Positions 18,742-29,070 of a DNA stretch of 64,000 nt are shown here, piece by piece. A program made the position numbers and the translations under genes. How positions within the stretch are numbered: position 1 is the stretch's first letter; each line of letters opens with the position of its first letter. Under the pieces are notes generated by a model. That model ran no database searches. It worked only from the letters and a program-made list of their open reading frames with translations, and had not been told where the DNA came from. This DNA is from a virus: the IMG/VR virus record IMGVR_UViG_3300017763_000006, positions 1 through 64,000 of that record; one strand, given 5' to 3'.

Positions 18742-18753
18742 AAAGTTTAAGCC

Positions 18754-19383
18754 ATGACCCCAAAAGAAGTTAGCGAAATAGTAAACAGTATTTTTACTGA
18801 CGGCTATGATATCAACGGGGTAACAATTCAGTCTGAAAGTCCAGTTGTTGCCCACATTCTTAATGAAGAAGGATCTACTCGTATTGATTTTGGATCTAAT
18901 AATCCTAAAGCTGTAATTAAAAGATTTATAACTTTTTATGCATACATTGAAGAAATATACTTAGGAAAAGATAAAGGTTCTATAAAACTTCGTAATTTTC
19001 CAGACATCAATTTTACTTATGAAACTGGTGTGTCTATACTTTCATTTTTAGAAGCACAATTCTCTGAAAATAGCGAAATGAAAGATCTGATTGAAGAAAA
19101 GTATTCTTGTTCAAGAGATAAAAAAATTGCAGAATCATGCTTGCAGTATGCAGAGCAATGGGCTACAATAGTTAGTCGCTCTGGCGGTTTTGCTGATACT
19201 AGAGAGTGCGACGAAAAAAGACTTAAATCGGAATGTTATAAATTTGTTATTGATAATGTTAAAAGAGATGCAAAAGAAAAAAGGTTTGGTTTTGGAATAG
19301 GCATGTACTTGCTAATATTCATTCTCATTCCTACAATATGCAAGTTCATTGTTTACAAATTGCTTGAAAAATATTTTGATTAG
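18754..19383 (+). CDS. Hypothetical protein with C-terminal TM
   Basis: ORF with hydrophobic C-terminus. Confidence 0.65.
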   Translation: MTPKEVSEIVNSIFTDGYDINGVTIQSESPVVAHILNEEGSTRIDFGSNNPKAVIKRFITFYAYIEEIYLGKDKGSIKLRNFPDINFTYETGVSILSFLEAQFSENSEMKDLIEEKYSCSRDKKIAESCLQYAEQWATIVSRSGGFADTRECDEKRLKSECYKFVIDNVKRDAKEKRFGFGIGMYLLIFILIPTICKFIVYKLLEKYFD

Positions 19384-19434
19384 TTTTTAAAATATATACA
19401 ATTTAATTTACTTAAAAGAACATGAGGATCGTAC

Positions 19435-21651
19435 ATGTCACTAAAGTCATTGATGAATTATACGTTCGTTTCTAAGTACGCAAGGTGGGATGAAAACAAA
19501 GAAAGAAGAGAGACATGGGGTGAATCAGTTGGTCGTGTAAGAACAATGATGTTTGATAAGTATGTGGGTGGCAGTGTACACAAAGAGACGACTTCTCCTC
19601 CAGTTGCAGAGATTGCAAGGTATATTGATCAAGCATACGACGACATGAAGAAGAAAAAAGTTCTTGGCTCACAAAGAGCGTTGCAGTTTGGTGGCTCTCC
19701 AATATTCAAGCATAATGCTAGAATGTATAATTGTATTTCTTCATATATTGATAGAACAAGATTTTTCCAAGAATGTATGTATCTTCTGCTGTGTGGGTGT
19801 GGAACTGGATTCTCTGTACAGAAACATCACATCGCTAAATTGCCTAACTTAATTAAGGGTAAGAATGGTCAGAAGAAATTTGTTATTGAAGATTCTATTG
19901 AAGGATGGTCAGACGCAGTAGGTGTTCTCGTTTCTAGTTATTTTAAAGGAGATAATCTTTTCCCCGAATACAACGGAAAAACTGTTATTTTTGACTACTC
20001 TAAAATACGTCCAGCAGGCTCATACTTAAAGTCTAGCGGAGGTAAGGCTCCCGGCCCAGATCCTTTGAGAAATGCCCTTACGCAAATCAAGAAGACCCTT
20101 GACGGAGCTATTAAAAACGGACAGAAGAAACTAACGCCTATCCAAGCATATGATATTGTAATGTTTGGTGCTGACGCTGTAATTAGTGGTGGTGTTCGCC
20201 GTAGTGCTACAATTTGCGTGTTCTCAGCCGATGATGAAGAGATGGCGAAAGCTAAAACTGGATCATGGTTTACTGATAACCCACAGCGTGGACGTTCTAA
20301 TAATTCTGCTTTGCTTTTGCGAAACGAAACAACTAAAGAAAAATTTGCTGAACTTATGCAATCTGTAAAAGAGTTTGGCGAACCCGGATTTGTGTGGTCT
20401 GACTCTACAGAATTGATCGTCAACCCCTGTGTTGAGATTGGCATGTGGCCTGTAGACGAACAAACAGGAGAAACTGGGTGGCAGGCGTGTAACTTGTCTA
20501 CAATTAACTGCGCCAAAGTAACTACGAAAAAAGAGTTCTACGAAGCGTGTGCTTCTGCTGCTATTATTGGTACACTGCAAGCTGGATTTGCTAGCTTTCC
20601 ATATCTTGGAGAAGTATCAGAAAGAATTATTAGTCGTGAAGCTTTGCTGGGCGTATCAATGACAGGTATCATGGAACAACATGAAATTTGCCTTGACCCA
20701 GAAGTACAAAAGAAGGGTGCAGAAATAGTTAAAGAAACAAATAAGAAATTAGCTGCATTAATTGGCGTTAATCAAGCTGCACGTACTACGTGTGTTAAGC
20801 CAGAAGGAACATCAAGTTGTATTCTTGGAACATCTTCTGGTATACATCCTCACCATGCAAAAAGATACATTCGTCGCGTTCAAGCAAATAAGATGGAACC
20901 GATATATCAATATTTCAGAACAATTAATCCTAGAGCGTGTGAGGAATCTGTATGGTCTAATAATGATTCTGACGATGTAGTTTCTTTCTGTGTGGAAGTT
21001 CCAGACGGTGCAAAAATTAAAAACCAATTGGGAGCAACTGATCTTCTTGAGTACGTCAAAAGTACACAACGCAGTTGGGTTATGAATGGAAAGAATCCAA
21101 AGCAATGTACGCAACCTTGGCTAACTCATAACGTTTCCAATACAATCAATGTAATGCCTGACGAATGGGATGAGGTTACAGATTTTATTTTCAAGAACCG
21201 TAAATATTTCTGTGGCGTATCTTTGCTTCCAATTGCTGGAGATAAAGATTACGCACAAGCACCTTTCACAACTGTTTATCTTCCCAGCGAACAAATAAAC
21301 ATGTATGGAGATGCTGCCATGTTTGTAAGTGGGCTAATTGAAATTGGGTTGTCACTATACGAAGATAATCTATGGGCAGCTTGTGATAGCTTACTAGGCG
21401 TTGGTCAAAAAATTAAAGGCAATGGCAAGAAAGCCTATCTAGATAAATGTCAAAAATTCGCTGATAGATATATGGAAGGTGATCTAAAAAGGCTTACATA
21501 TTGTATGAAGGATGTATACAATTGGAAAGAATGGCTTGATATTAAACGAGAATACAAGGATGTTGATTATACTCAAGTAATAGAAAAACAGAATAATGTA
21601 AATCCAGTACAGGAAGTAGCTTGCGCTGGTGGAAAGTGTGATATCATTTAG
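19435..21651 (+). CDS. nrdJ: Class II (B12-dependent) ribonucleotide reductase
   Basis: RETW, YNC, GGVRRSA, GEPG, NPCVEI, CNL, VKPEGT, C-terminal CAGGKC; no nrdB adjacent. Confidence 0.85.
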   Translation: MSLKSLMNYTFVSKYARWDENKERRETWGESVGRVRTMMFDKYVGGSVHKETTSPPVAEIARYIDQAYDDMKKKKVLGSQRALQFGGSPIFKHNARMYNCISSYIDRTRFFQECMYLLLCGCGTGFSVQKHHIAKLPNLIKGKNGQKKFVIEDSIEGWSDAVGVLVSSYFKGDNLFPEYNGKTVIFDYSKIRPAGSYLKSSGGKAPGPDPLRNALTQIKKTLDGAIKNGQKKLTPIQAYDIVMFGADAVISGGVRRSATICVFSADDEEMAKAKTGSWFTDNPQRGRSNNSALLLRNETTKEKFAELMQSVKEFGEPGFVWSDSTELIVNPCVEIGMWPVDEQTGETGWQACNLSTINCAKVTTKKEFYEACASAAIIGTLQAGFASFPYLGEVSERIISREALLGVSMTGIMEQHEICLDPEVQKKGAEIVKETNKKLAALIGVNQAARTTCVKPEGTSSCILGTSSGIHPHHAKRYIRRVQANKMEPIYQYFRTINPRACEESVWSNNDSDDVVSFCVEVPDGAKIKNQLGATDLLEYVKSTQRSWVMNGKNPKQCTQPWLTHNVSNTINVMPDEWDEVTDFIFKNRKYFCGVSLLPIAGDKDYAQAPFTTVYLPSEQINMYGDAAMFVSGLIEIGLSLYEDNLWAACDSLLGVGQKIKGNGKKAYLDKCQKFADRYMEGDLKRLTYCMKDVYNWKEWLDIKREYKDVDYTQVIEKQNNVNPVQEVACAGGKCDII

Positions 21652-21660
21652 GAGGTTGAC

Positions 21661-22089
21661 ATGATGGGTTTTGTATCTTATAAATTACTGACTGAAACTG
21701 CACAGATGCCATTTAAAGCGCATAGATCAGATGCTGGATTTGATTTATTTGCTGACGAAGAAGCTTGGGTATTCGCAAGAGAACGACAAACAATTAAAAC
21801 TGGTATATCTTTTGATATGCCTGAGAATATGGCTGGATTAATTTGGCCCAGATCTGGGCTATCAGTTAAGAAGGGCATAGATGTACTAGCTGGAGTTGTA
21901 GACTCTGGCTACCGGGGAGAGATCATGGTTTGTTTATACAATACTTCTGATGAAGATGTAGAAATAAAACATGGGGATAGAATCGCGCAGATTATATTCC
22001 AAGAGGTTCCTAACATCTCTTTACTGTTAAGAGAAGAACTAGAAACCTCCCAACGAGGGAGTAATGGTTTTGGCAGCACAGGCACATAA
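21661..22089 (+). CDS. dut: dUTPase (trimeric)
   Basis: AGFDL, PRSGL, GVVDSGYRGEI, RIAQ, RGSNGFGSTG. Confidence 0.95.
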   Translation: MMGFVSYKLLTETAQMPFKAHRSDAGFDLFADEEAWVFARERQTIKTGISFDMPENMAGLIWPRSGLSVKKGIDVLAGVVDSGYRGEIMVCLYNTSDEDVEIKHGDRIAQIIFQEVPNISLLLREELETSQRGSNGFGSTGT

Positions 22090-22747
22090 CAATCGAAAAA
22101 AGCGTCAACAACAAAAAGCAAGTAAACCTAACGTTCTGGAGGCTAAGACTGAAAACCAAAAAAACTATATTAGATCTATTATAGAAAACGATGTTGTATT
22201 TTGTACAGGTCCATCTGGTAGTGGCAAGTCTTTTATTGCTGCTGGCATTGCGTCACAGAAATTATTAAAAGACGAAATTGATACCATAATTGTCACGCGA
22301 CCTTTAGTATGTACTGGTAGAGATTTAGGATCTTTGCCGGGAGAACTAAATGAAAAGATTAAACCATATCTTCAACCAATGGAAGAAAACTTGCGTTACT
22401 TCTTAGGTAGAGATAGATTTGGAATGTATTTTAATCAACGTAGAATTAGATTTGAACCATTGGAGACGATGAGAGGGTCTACCTTTCACGATTCCTATAT
22501 GATACTTGACGAAGCACAAAACTGTACGTTAGAACAAATTAAAATGTTTGTCACACGTATGGGTAAACATTCTAAAGCATTAATTAATGGTGACAATAAA
22601 CAAACGGATATATCTAGAAATAGTGGGCTAGACTTTTGTATAGAAAGATTATCTGATGTTTCTGGTGTGGGAATTTCAAAATTAGAGTATCATGATATAC
22701 AGAGGAATGGTATTATTGGGGCAGTGCTTTATGCGCTAGAATCATAG
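22064..22747 (+). CDS. phoH: PhoH-like ATPase
   Basis: GPSGSGKS, LGSLPG, MRGSTF, DEAQN, GDNKQTD. Confidence 0.93.
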   Translation: MVLAAQAHNNRKKRQQQKASKPNVLEAKTENQKNYIRSIIENDVVFCTGPSGSGKSFIAAGIASQKLLKDEIDTIIVTRPLVCTGRDLGSLPGELNEKIKPYLQPMEENLRYFLGRDRFGMYFNQRRIRFEPLETMRGSTFHDSYMILDEAQNCTLEQIKMFVTRMGKHSKALINGDNKQTDISRNSGLDFCIERLSDVSGVGISKLEYHDIQRNGIIGAVLYALES

Positions 22748-22785
22748 AATACAAAGTCTCGTTATTAAATATGTCTCATAGCAAA

Positions 22786-22794
22786 TGCTATAAT
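22786..22794 (+). promoter_or_regulatory. Extended -10 element TGCTATAAT
   Basis: Upstream of the GAGGA RBS and ATG at 22831; identical 9-mers at 6347 and 36116. Confidence 0.5.
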
Positions 22795-22830
22795 AAGACC
22801 CACATAACGAGCAAACACAGAGGAATAGTA

Positions 22831-23013
22831 ATGACGATTTCAGAGGAGCAAATCGCTAAAATAGTAAGACTATGTAGCGATAAAATACTTGAGCAAAGAA
22901 ACCACGAAGCTACCGCCGGATATGGCGAAGACTATGCTGACGGTAGAATTGTGGGTCAGGCTGCACTATCTAGAAGAATACTACTAATTATAAGGGGTAA
23001 TGATGTTATATGA
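22831..23013 (+). CDS. Hypothetical protein
   Basis: RBS-supported internal start (MTISEEQ) of ORF 22771..23013. Confidence 0.55.
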   Translation: MTISEEQIAKIVRLCSDKILEQRNHEATAGYGEDYADGRIVGQAALSRRILLIIRGNDVI

Positions 23014-23398
23014 TTATGAATGCGAAGAGTGCGGACATGAGATGAAGGATGTCCAGCAATCTATCAAAGATGATGCTTTTACTAAATGTCCTGAATGCAA
23101 AAAGGACGCTTTGATACGTATAATATATGGGGGAACATACGCATCCATTAAAAAGGAACCCACAACAATTGGTCAATTGGCAGAAAGAAGATTTGAGGAA
23201 GGCGTTCCAACTATGCCAGACGGTAGACCTATACAAAAAATAGAGTGGAAAAAAACCGACATGGTTGAGAGAGCAGAAAAGAGATCGCACGAGAAAAAAG
23301 AAAGAAGAGATAAGAACGAAGCAAAGAGGCAAAAGCTTAATAAGATCAATAAAATGACCCCAGAGCAAAAAAGAAATTATATCAAAAACGGAGATTAA
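23000..23398 (+). CDS. FmdB-type zinc ribbon protein
   Basis: YDYECEECGH...CPECKK. Confidence 0.8.
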   Translation: MMLYDYECEECGHEMKDVQQSIKDDAFTKCPECKKDALIRIIYGGTYASIKKEPTTIGQLAERRFEEGVPTMPDGRPIQKIEWKKTDMVERAEKRSHEKKERRDKNEAKRQKLNKINKMTPEQKRNYIKNGD

Positions 23399-23399
23399 T

Positions 23400-23741
23400 A
23401 TGAAATACATTGACAACGCAGAGGAAGTAAAGAAAACAATTGCAAAAACAGAAGTCAGTATGTATGATACATCTGGCCTACCAACAAAAATTGCTAAAAG
23501 GTCAGTATGCAGAAGTCAAAAAATTACAAGATTAAATGGAGACGAACAGCTTTCTTTCTTTATTAACACTCTGAATGGTACTCTGTACGATCCACATGGC
23601 GTAGATAGCACCAAGAGAATATCTATGATGTTTAAAGAAAAATCAGTTGATACAAAAACGTTTGAGAATTATCTCAAATATTTACGGAGTCGTAACAATT
23701 TATACATGACAAGAGCGCAAAGGAGCTTTATCAATGCCTAA
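23400..23741 (+). CDS. Hypothetical protein
   Basis: ORF in operon. Confidence 0.65.
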   Translation: MKYIDNAEEVKKTIAKTEVSMYDTSGLPTKIAKRSVCRSQKITRLNGDEQLSFFINTLNGTLYDPHGVDSTKRISMMFKEKSVDTKTFENYLKYLRSRNNLYMTRAQRSFINA

Positions 23742-24021
23742 GACAAAAAAAGGACCATTCAGCAAAGCTGAAAATTTTTACATTGAACAAAATTACGATA
23801 AACTTTCTGTAAACGAAATTGCAGAAGATTTGAATAGATCTCAAGCTTTAATAGAAAAGAAAGTACAACAAGTAAAGGATAAGAGTCCAACCACTGTAGA
23901 AAATCAATTTATAAAACAAAGCGGTGCAACTATTATGACTGAGAATGCATCAACTATGGCTGACGCTGTTAGACAAAAAGGACCAACATTGCCTACATCA
24001 TGTGTGACAAAAATCAAATGA
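23734..24021 (+). CDS. HTH-like DNA-binding protein
   Basis: FSKAE.FYIEQNY..LSVNEIAEDLNRS. Confidence 0.6.
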   Translation: MPKTKKGPFSKAENFYIEQNYDKLSVNEIAEDLNRSQALIEKKVQQVKDKSPTTVENQFIKQSGATIMTENASTMADAVRQKGPTLPTSCVTKIK

Positions 24022-24452
24022 GATATTTACATGGAATAGATGAATGGAGAAAGTTCAATAGGGAGTCTGGCGAAGAGGTAGTCAGGGAAACAGTTTTTAT
24101 AGTAGTTCATACTAATAGAGACACAATCTATATACCTGACTACAAAGATTGGCTAACTATTGACACATATCTTAAAAGCATTAATTGTGAGATCCATGCG
24201 GTTGGCTTTCAGTGGAAGACCCACGCTGTTGAGTTTGATATTACTGATGCTGACGGAGTTTATATTGCTCAAACCCTAAGAGGAGAAATGGGTGGTAAAA
24301 CAAAGAGATGTATGAGCGTGGGTATCATTTACGGCGACACTATGCAAAAGCAACTATGGACTGTTCCAGAATTGATTAAAGATATTGAATACGAAGATGT
24401 CCTAGATAATTGTTTAAAAGAAGCGTTGTATTTTCATGAGAAAAAAAGATAA
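24000..24452 (+). CDS. Hypothetical protein
   Basis: ORF in operon. Confidence 0.65.
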   Translation: MCDKNQMRYLHGIDEWRKFNRESGEEVVRETVFIVVHTNRDTIYIPDYKDWLTIDTYLKSINCEIHAVGFQWKTHAVEFDITDADGVYIAQTLRGEMGGKTKRCMSVGIIYGDTMQKQLWTVPELIKDIEYEDVLDNCLKEALYFHEKKR

Positions 24453-24969
24453 GCCAACACTATTTAATAAAGAGTATCAAAAGGAATGGTCTAAAGAGTA
24501 TAGGTATAAACACATCCATACTGGAGAGCATTGTACGTTTGAATCTTATGTTGCAGAGTATTTAGTGTTGAGGTGGACTGATTCCTTTAAGATGGATAAA
24601 CCATCATATAAGTTTTGGACTGTTGGAGATAAATATCATGATGTATTCATGAGAAATATGAAAGCTGCCACACAGTTAAAGAAAAAGTTTGATGAAGCTA
24701 TTATAATAGCAGCAATAAGATCAGATTACTTTGAAAACATATACCACATTGGCATCAAAGGTTATGGTCCCACAGGTTGGAAGTATAATCAAGTTGCAAT
24801 CGAAGCTATAAAGTGCTATGATAAAGTACAAAAGAATTTTTTGAAAAAGCAGAAATTAACAGAAGAAGCAGAAGTTGCTAATCCAAAATCAGAATCAAAG
24901 AAACTACAAAAACGAAACAAACAATATTCAAATAAAAAAAGCTCTTTAAACAGACTGAGGAAACAATGA
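24436..24969 (+). CDS. Hypothetical protein upstream of recA
   Basis: ORF with ATGA coupling to recA. Confidence 0.65.
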   Translation: MRKKDKPTLFNKEYQKEWSKEYRYKHIHTGEHCTFESYVAEYLVLRWTDSFKMDKPSYKFWTVGDKYHDVFMRNMKAATQLKKKFDEAIIIAAIRSDYFENIYHIGIKGYGPTGWKYNQVAIEAIKCYDKVQKNFLKKQKLTEEAEVANPKSESKKLQKRNKQYSNKKSSLNRLRKQ

Positions 24970-26075
24970 GTAAAGTAAAGAAGAAAAAGGTTAACAAATT
25001 TGATACTGATGTAGTAAGCAGCTCTGTTGTAAGTAAATACGGAGATGTCGTAAGAAGTGGAACTGAGGTTTTAGAAAGCATAAATAGTCTAGAAGTTATT
25101 GGCGTTTCGCCAGCTTTAGATATCGCCCTTGGCGGTGGATTGAGGGAGGGAAGTGTCGTAGTAATGACCGGAGATCCAAAATCTGGAAAGACTACAACCG
25201 CCCTTCATTTTGCCTCTAAATGTCAGGCTAAAGGAAAACGTGTCATCTATCTTAATACTGAGGGCAGGTTATCCAAGCAAAACTTTGAAGGGATTAAAGG
25301 TCTTAAGTCAGATGATATATTAATTGTCGAATCTACTGATGACAAAATACTATCGGCAGAAGACTTTTTAAACATTGTAGAATATTATGTTAATAATGAT
25401 CCCGGCGCTCTAATAATTACAGACTCTTTGTCTAATATGGTTCCTCAAGTAGAGTTAGATGGAGAAGTTAGAACTGGTGTTCGTAATGCTTTACCAAGAT
25501 TGTTATCTATGTTCTTTAAAAGAATTAGTGGAACACTGGCTAAAAACAAAACTATCTTAGTTTGTATTACTCATAATATTGCAAACACTGGTGGGTCTCC
25601 ATATTCTCCAAATAAAATGGCAGATTGCGGAAACATGCTACAGTATCAAGCTGGAACAAACATGGTAATTACCCATAGGGGTAAGTGGCAAGTTCCAAAA
25701 GACACTGGGCCTCACATTGGTCAAATTGCAAACTGGTCCATAAAAACTTCTTGTGCTGGAGGTTTTCCTAACAGCACTGCTGAAAGTTGGATTCGTTATG
25801 GTATAGGAATTGACGAAACTCAAGAGGTTGTTCAAATAGCCTGCGAGTTTAGACTTATTAAAACTGCGGGAGCTTGGTATACAATACAATGTGCGATTGA
25901 TGACACAGAAAACCCAGTAATTTCTAAGATCTTAAAAGACAACAATATATCAGACAAGGCAGAAGACATAGAAAGATTTTTTAAATTTCAGGGAGCTAAC
26001 AATACTTTAGAATTTTTACGTGATAATCCAAACATGTCTTCGTTTGTATATGAAAAAATTAAGGAGTTATTTTAA
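24966..26075 (+). CDS. recA: RecA/UvsX-like recombinase
   Basis: SPALDIALGGG, Walker A GDPKSGKTT, TDSL, AGAWY. Confidence 0.88.
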   Translation: MSKVKKKKVNKFDTDVVSSSVVSKYGDVVRSGTEVLESINSLEVIGVSPALDIALGGGLREGSVVVMTGDPKSGKTTTALHFASKCQAKGKRVIYLNTEGRLSKQNFEGIKGLKSDDILIVESTDDKILSAEDFLNIVEYYVNNDPGALIITDSLSNMVPQVELDGEVRTGVRNALPRLLSMFFKRISGTLAKNKTILVCITHNIANTGGSPYSPNKMADCGNMLQYQAGTNMVITHRGKWQVPKDTGPHIGQIANWSIKTSCAGGFPNSTAESWIRYGIGIDETQEVVQIACEFRLIKTAGAWYTIQCAIDDTENPVISKILKDNNISDKAEDIERFFKFQGANNTLEFLRDNPNMSSFVYEKIKELF

Positions 26076-26221
26076 TGGCTCAAGTTGAGTTAAATAAAAC
26101 AGAAGCTTGGAGAATATTAGACTCTTTAAGAGGCTACAAAGAAGATTATGAGCTTACTGAATATGCTTTAAAGACTATTAGAAAGATTGAAATCAAACTA
26201 AAGAAAATAGTAAACTCATGA
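26075..26221 (+). CDS. Small protein (48 aa), not in the ORF track
   Basis: AAGGAG RBS, TAATG coupling, MAQVELNKTEAWRILDSL... Confidence 0.6.
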   Translation: MAQVELNKTEAWRILDSLRGYKEDYELTEYALKTIRKIEIKLKKIVNS

Positions 26222-26287
26222 ATATATATAATATATTAGAAATAGCTTTTGGAGTACTAACTGCAAAGCTAGTTATAGGAGTAATAA

Positions 26288-26713
26288 ATGAAGGTTATAG
26301 GTTTAAATGGCAGAGAGTACACTTGGAATTTAACAGGATATTCCGTAGCGGCAAACGACAAAAGGAAAAGATCAAAATACCACGTAAGAGCAAGGGAAGT
26401 GTTGAAACAAGTGTACCACTCGTACCGGATGTTGGAGGAAGTGAAACTACCGGGAAGTACGCAAAGCCATCGAAAAGGTGTGCTTTTCCTAGATTTTTTT
26501 ATCCCCCAAATTAAATTAGCTGTAGAAGTGCATGGTCAGCAACACTACGAGTATACTCCATTCTTTCATAAAAATAAAGCAGACTTCGCTATTGCAAAAG
26601 CAAAGGATGAAGATAAAATAGAATGGTGCGAATTGAACAAAATTGATATAATAGTATTGAGGTATTCTGACACAGATGAGCAATGGAGAGAACAAATTGA
26701 AAACGGCGAGTGA
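26288..26713 (+). CDS. PD-(D/E)XK-type endonuclease (DUF559/Vsr-like)
   Basis: LFLDFFIP..KLAVEVHGQQH...D..K..WC..N.I. Confidence 0.78.
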   Translation: MKVIGLNGREYTWNLTGYSVAANDKRKRSKYHVRAREVLKQVYHSYRMLEEVKLPGSTQSHRKGVLFLDFFIPQIKLAVEVHGQQHYEYTPFFHKNKADFAIAKAKDEDKIEWCELNKIDIIVLRYSDTDEQWREQIENGE

Positions 26714-27161
26714 GCAGTTGGCTGACTTGAAAGCTATGGTTGACGACTTTTTAAATGCTAGCAATGCTAGGTTCAATAAGAAGTTTAGGGAGGATTGGCA
26801 TAGATGTGCTAATGCTGGCAAAGATACTATAAGCACTCTCACTAAAGACGAGCTATTCACTTGGGCTTATGAATTGTACAGTTTCTCTACACATCTACAA
26901 GATGAATTAAACATGCAGAAGATTGCACTCAACTGGTGCAATGATAAACTAGATAAAATGGTAGCTAAAAATCACGATCAATTCAGCACGTACACTAAGT
27001 TTGAACAGCGTAGGCCATTGATTATTGTAAACGATGAATACGCAGCGACAGTTGATCATTATCGTGAGATTGCAGAATCAAGAGTGCAAGCACTTGATGG
27101 TAAAATATATGAACTAAAACGTAAAGCAGATATTCTAATGGAAAAGGGGAAAAGATCATGA
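26676..27161 (+). CDS. Helical/coiled-coil protein (possible UvsY-like mediator)
   Basis: Coiled-coil composition and position near recA; function is inferred only. Confidence 0.4.
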   Translation: MSNGENKLKTASEQLADLKAMVDDFLNASNARFNKKFREDWHRCANAGKDTISTLTKDELFTWAYELYSFSTHLQDELNMQKIALNWCNDKLDKMVAKNHDQFSTYTKFEQRRPLIIVNDEYAATVDHYREIAESRVQALDGKIYELKRKADILMEKGKRS

Positions 27162-27592
27162 GTATGGACGACTTCGTACAAACACTCACAGAAGAACAAA
27201 AAGCTGCATTGATAAAAGCTTTAGGCGGTAACACAGAAGTTGAGTCAAGATGGCAACATGAAGAGCCAGTGTCAGAAGCTGTAGACGGACCACAAGAAGT
27301 AGAACAAACCCCACCTCCAGATATGAATCAGAGGTACGACGAATTCGTTATGAATAGGCAAAAAGAACTGGAGAAAGCTAGTAAGAGACCAGTTACAGCA
27401 AAAGAAAACGCATGGGTTGATACGGGAGAAGACCGCCATATTGAAACTCCTGAAACAGCCAGAACGCCTAGAAACAGACAGCCTCCTAAAATGAAAAGAG
27501 TTACCTGTAGTAAATGTTCTAGTATGGACATGGTAAATGAATCTATATTGTGTGGAGAGTTTTATAGGTGCAGTAGGTGCGTGGGCAAATAA
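27158..27592 (+). CDS. Hypothetical protein with C-terminal zinc finger
   Basis: CSKC...CSRC. Confidence 0.65.
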   Translation: MSMDDFVQTLTEEQKAALIKALGGNTEVESRWQHEEPVSEAVDGPQEVEQTPPPDMNQRYDEFVMNRQKELEKASKRPVTAKENAWVDTGEDRHIETPETARTPRNRQPPKMKRVTCSKCSSMDMVNESILCGEFYRCSRCVGK

Positions 27593-29070
27593 TGGATAAA
27601 AAACTTTTTGACATTGGAGCAGAAAGAGCAGTGCTTTCTGGCTTAATGCAATACGGTGTGGATGCCTACATCTCTGTTGCAGATTTATTGTGTCATAGTA
27701 GCTTTGGCAGTGAAAATAACCAGATCATTTTTAAATGCCTTGAGTATACTATACAGCAAGATCAAAAGCCAGACATAGCAACTATTATTTCTGCCTCTGA
27801 AAAATTAGGCTTTTCTGAACAAGTCGGCACTAAGCAAGAGCTAAATTATATTAAATCACTACTTGACTTTCCAGTGAGTCAAGAAAATGTTCTTAGTTTT
27901 GCTGTACAAGTTAAGAAGTTTGAGTTTGCTCGTAAAATACAAAAGATAACGAACAAGGTACATCACGATGTTTCTAAAATAAATGGCAATGAAAGCATTG
28001 ACGAAATCGTCAACATACTAGAAGAACCAGTAACTGATTTCTTAAGAGAAGATGATGGCGGCGAAAACCCAGAAAAGATTGGAGAAGGGGCAGAAGATTA
28101 TGTCCGATTCTTATCAGAAAATAAGTGTGATATCCTTGGTATACCGACAGGGTTCTCAAGATACGACGAAGCCATTGGTGGTGGTTTGCGAAGAAAGTGT
28201 GTTGACCTTGTTTCTGCAAGACCCAAAGTTGGTAAGTCAGTATTCGCTGATAATGTGGCCCTTAATGTATCTTCACTAGACATACCAGTTCTAGTCCTAG
28301 ACACGGAAATGTCAAAAGAAGATCACCTACATAGGCTTATAGCCAACATGAGCGGTGTGCCTATCAATGAAATTGCAACAGGAAAATTTGTAGACGATCC
28401 TGTAAAAAATGACAAAATCCAAGAAGCTGTAGCCAAATTAGAATCAATACCTTATAGCTATATCAGTGTCGCTGGGAAACCATTTGAACAAATTATGAAT
28501 CTAATTCGTCGCTGGGTAGTTCAAGAGGTTAAGACAGACGAATCAGGTAAAACTAATGAATGCTTAATTATCTACGACTACTTAAAACTCATGTCTTCTT
28601 CATCTATCACAAACAATATACAAGAATACCAAGCGTTAGGATTCCAGATTACATCATTGCATAATTTATGTGTTAAACTAGACATACCTTGTCTATCCTT
28701 CGTGCAATTAAATCGTGACGGCATCACTAAAGAAAGCACAGATGCTGTTAGTGGATCTGACAGGCTTGTGTGGCTTTGTACTTCTTTTAGCATATTCAAG
28801 TCTAAGTCTCCTGAAGAAATAGCAGAAGATGGACCAAATGCTGGAAATAGAAAATTAGTACCTATTGTTTCTAGACATGGAGCTGGAATTGATGATGGAG
28901 ACTATATTAACATGCAGATGGTTGGATCTCATGCTAAATTATTAGAGCTACAAACAAGAAATGAGTTAAAGAATGCACCCGTAGGAGATACGGGGCTAGT
29001 GAGTACGTCAGCATTAAAAAATATTAAGATAGAAAATGAATCTGAAGAAAATCAAGAAAACACTGAATGA
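27577..29070 (+). CDS. dnaB: Replicative DNA helicase (start probably 27592)
   Basis: AERAVLSGL, GIPTGF, ARPKVGKS, TEMS, IIYDYL, QLNR. Confidence 0.92.
   Translation: MRGQIMDKKLFDIGAERAVLSGLMQYGVDAYISVADLLCHSSFGSENNQIIFKCLEYTIQQDQKPDIATIISASEKLGFSEQVGTKQELNYIKSLLDFPVSQENVLSFAVQVKKFEFARKIQKITNKVHHDVSKINGNESIDEIVNILEEPVTDFLREDDGGENPEKIGEGAEDYVRFLSENKCDILGIPTGFSRYDEAIGGGLRRKCVDLVSARPKVGKSVFADNVALNVSSLDIPVLVLDTEMSKEDHLHRLIANMSGVPINEIATGKFVDDPVKNDKIQEAVAKLESIPYSYISVAGKPFEQIMNLIRRWVVQEVKTDESGKTNECLIIYDYLKLMSSSSITNNIQEYQALGFQITSLHNLCVKLDIPCLSFVQLNRDGITKESTDAVSGSDRLVWLCTSFSIFKSKSPEEIAEDGPNAGNRKLVPIVSRHGAGIDDGDYINMQMVGSHAKLLELQTRNELKNAPVGDTGLVSTSALKNIKIENESEENQENTE

Noticed and set aside
19472-21114. 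Several antisense or alternate-frame ORFs within nrdJ (also within dnaB and the structural genes)
   Set aside because: Shadow ORFs of strongly supported genes, with no recognisable motifs.
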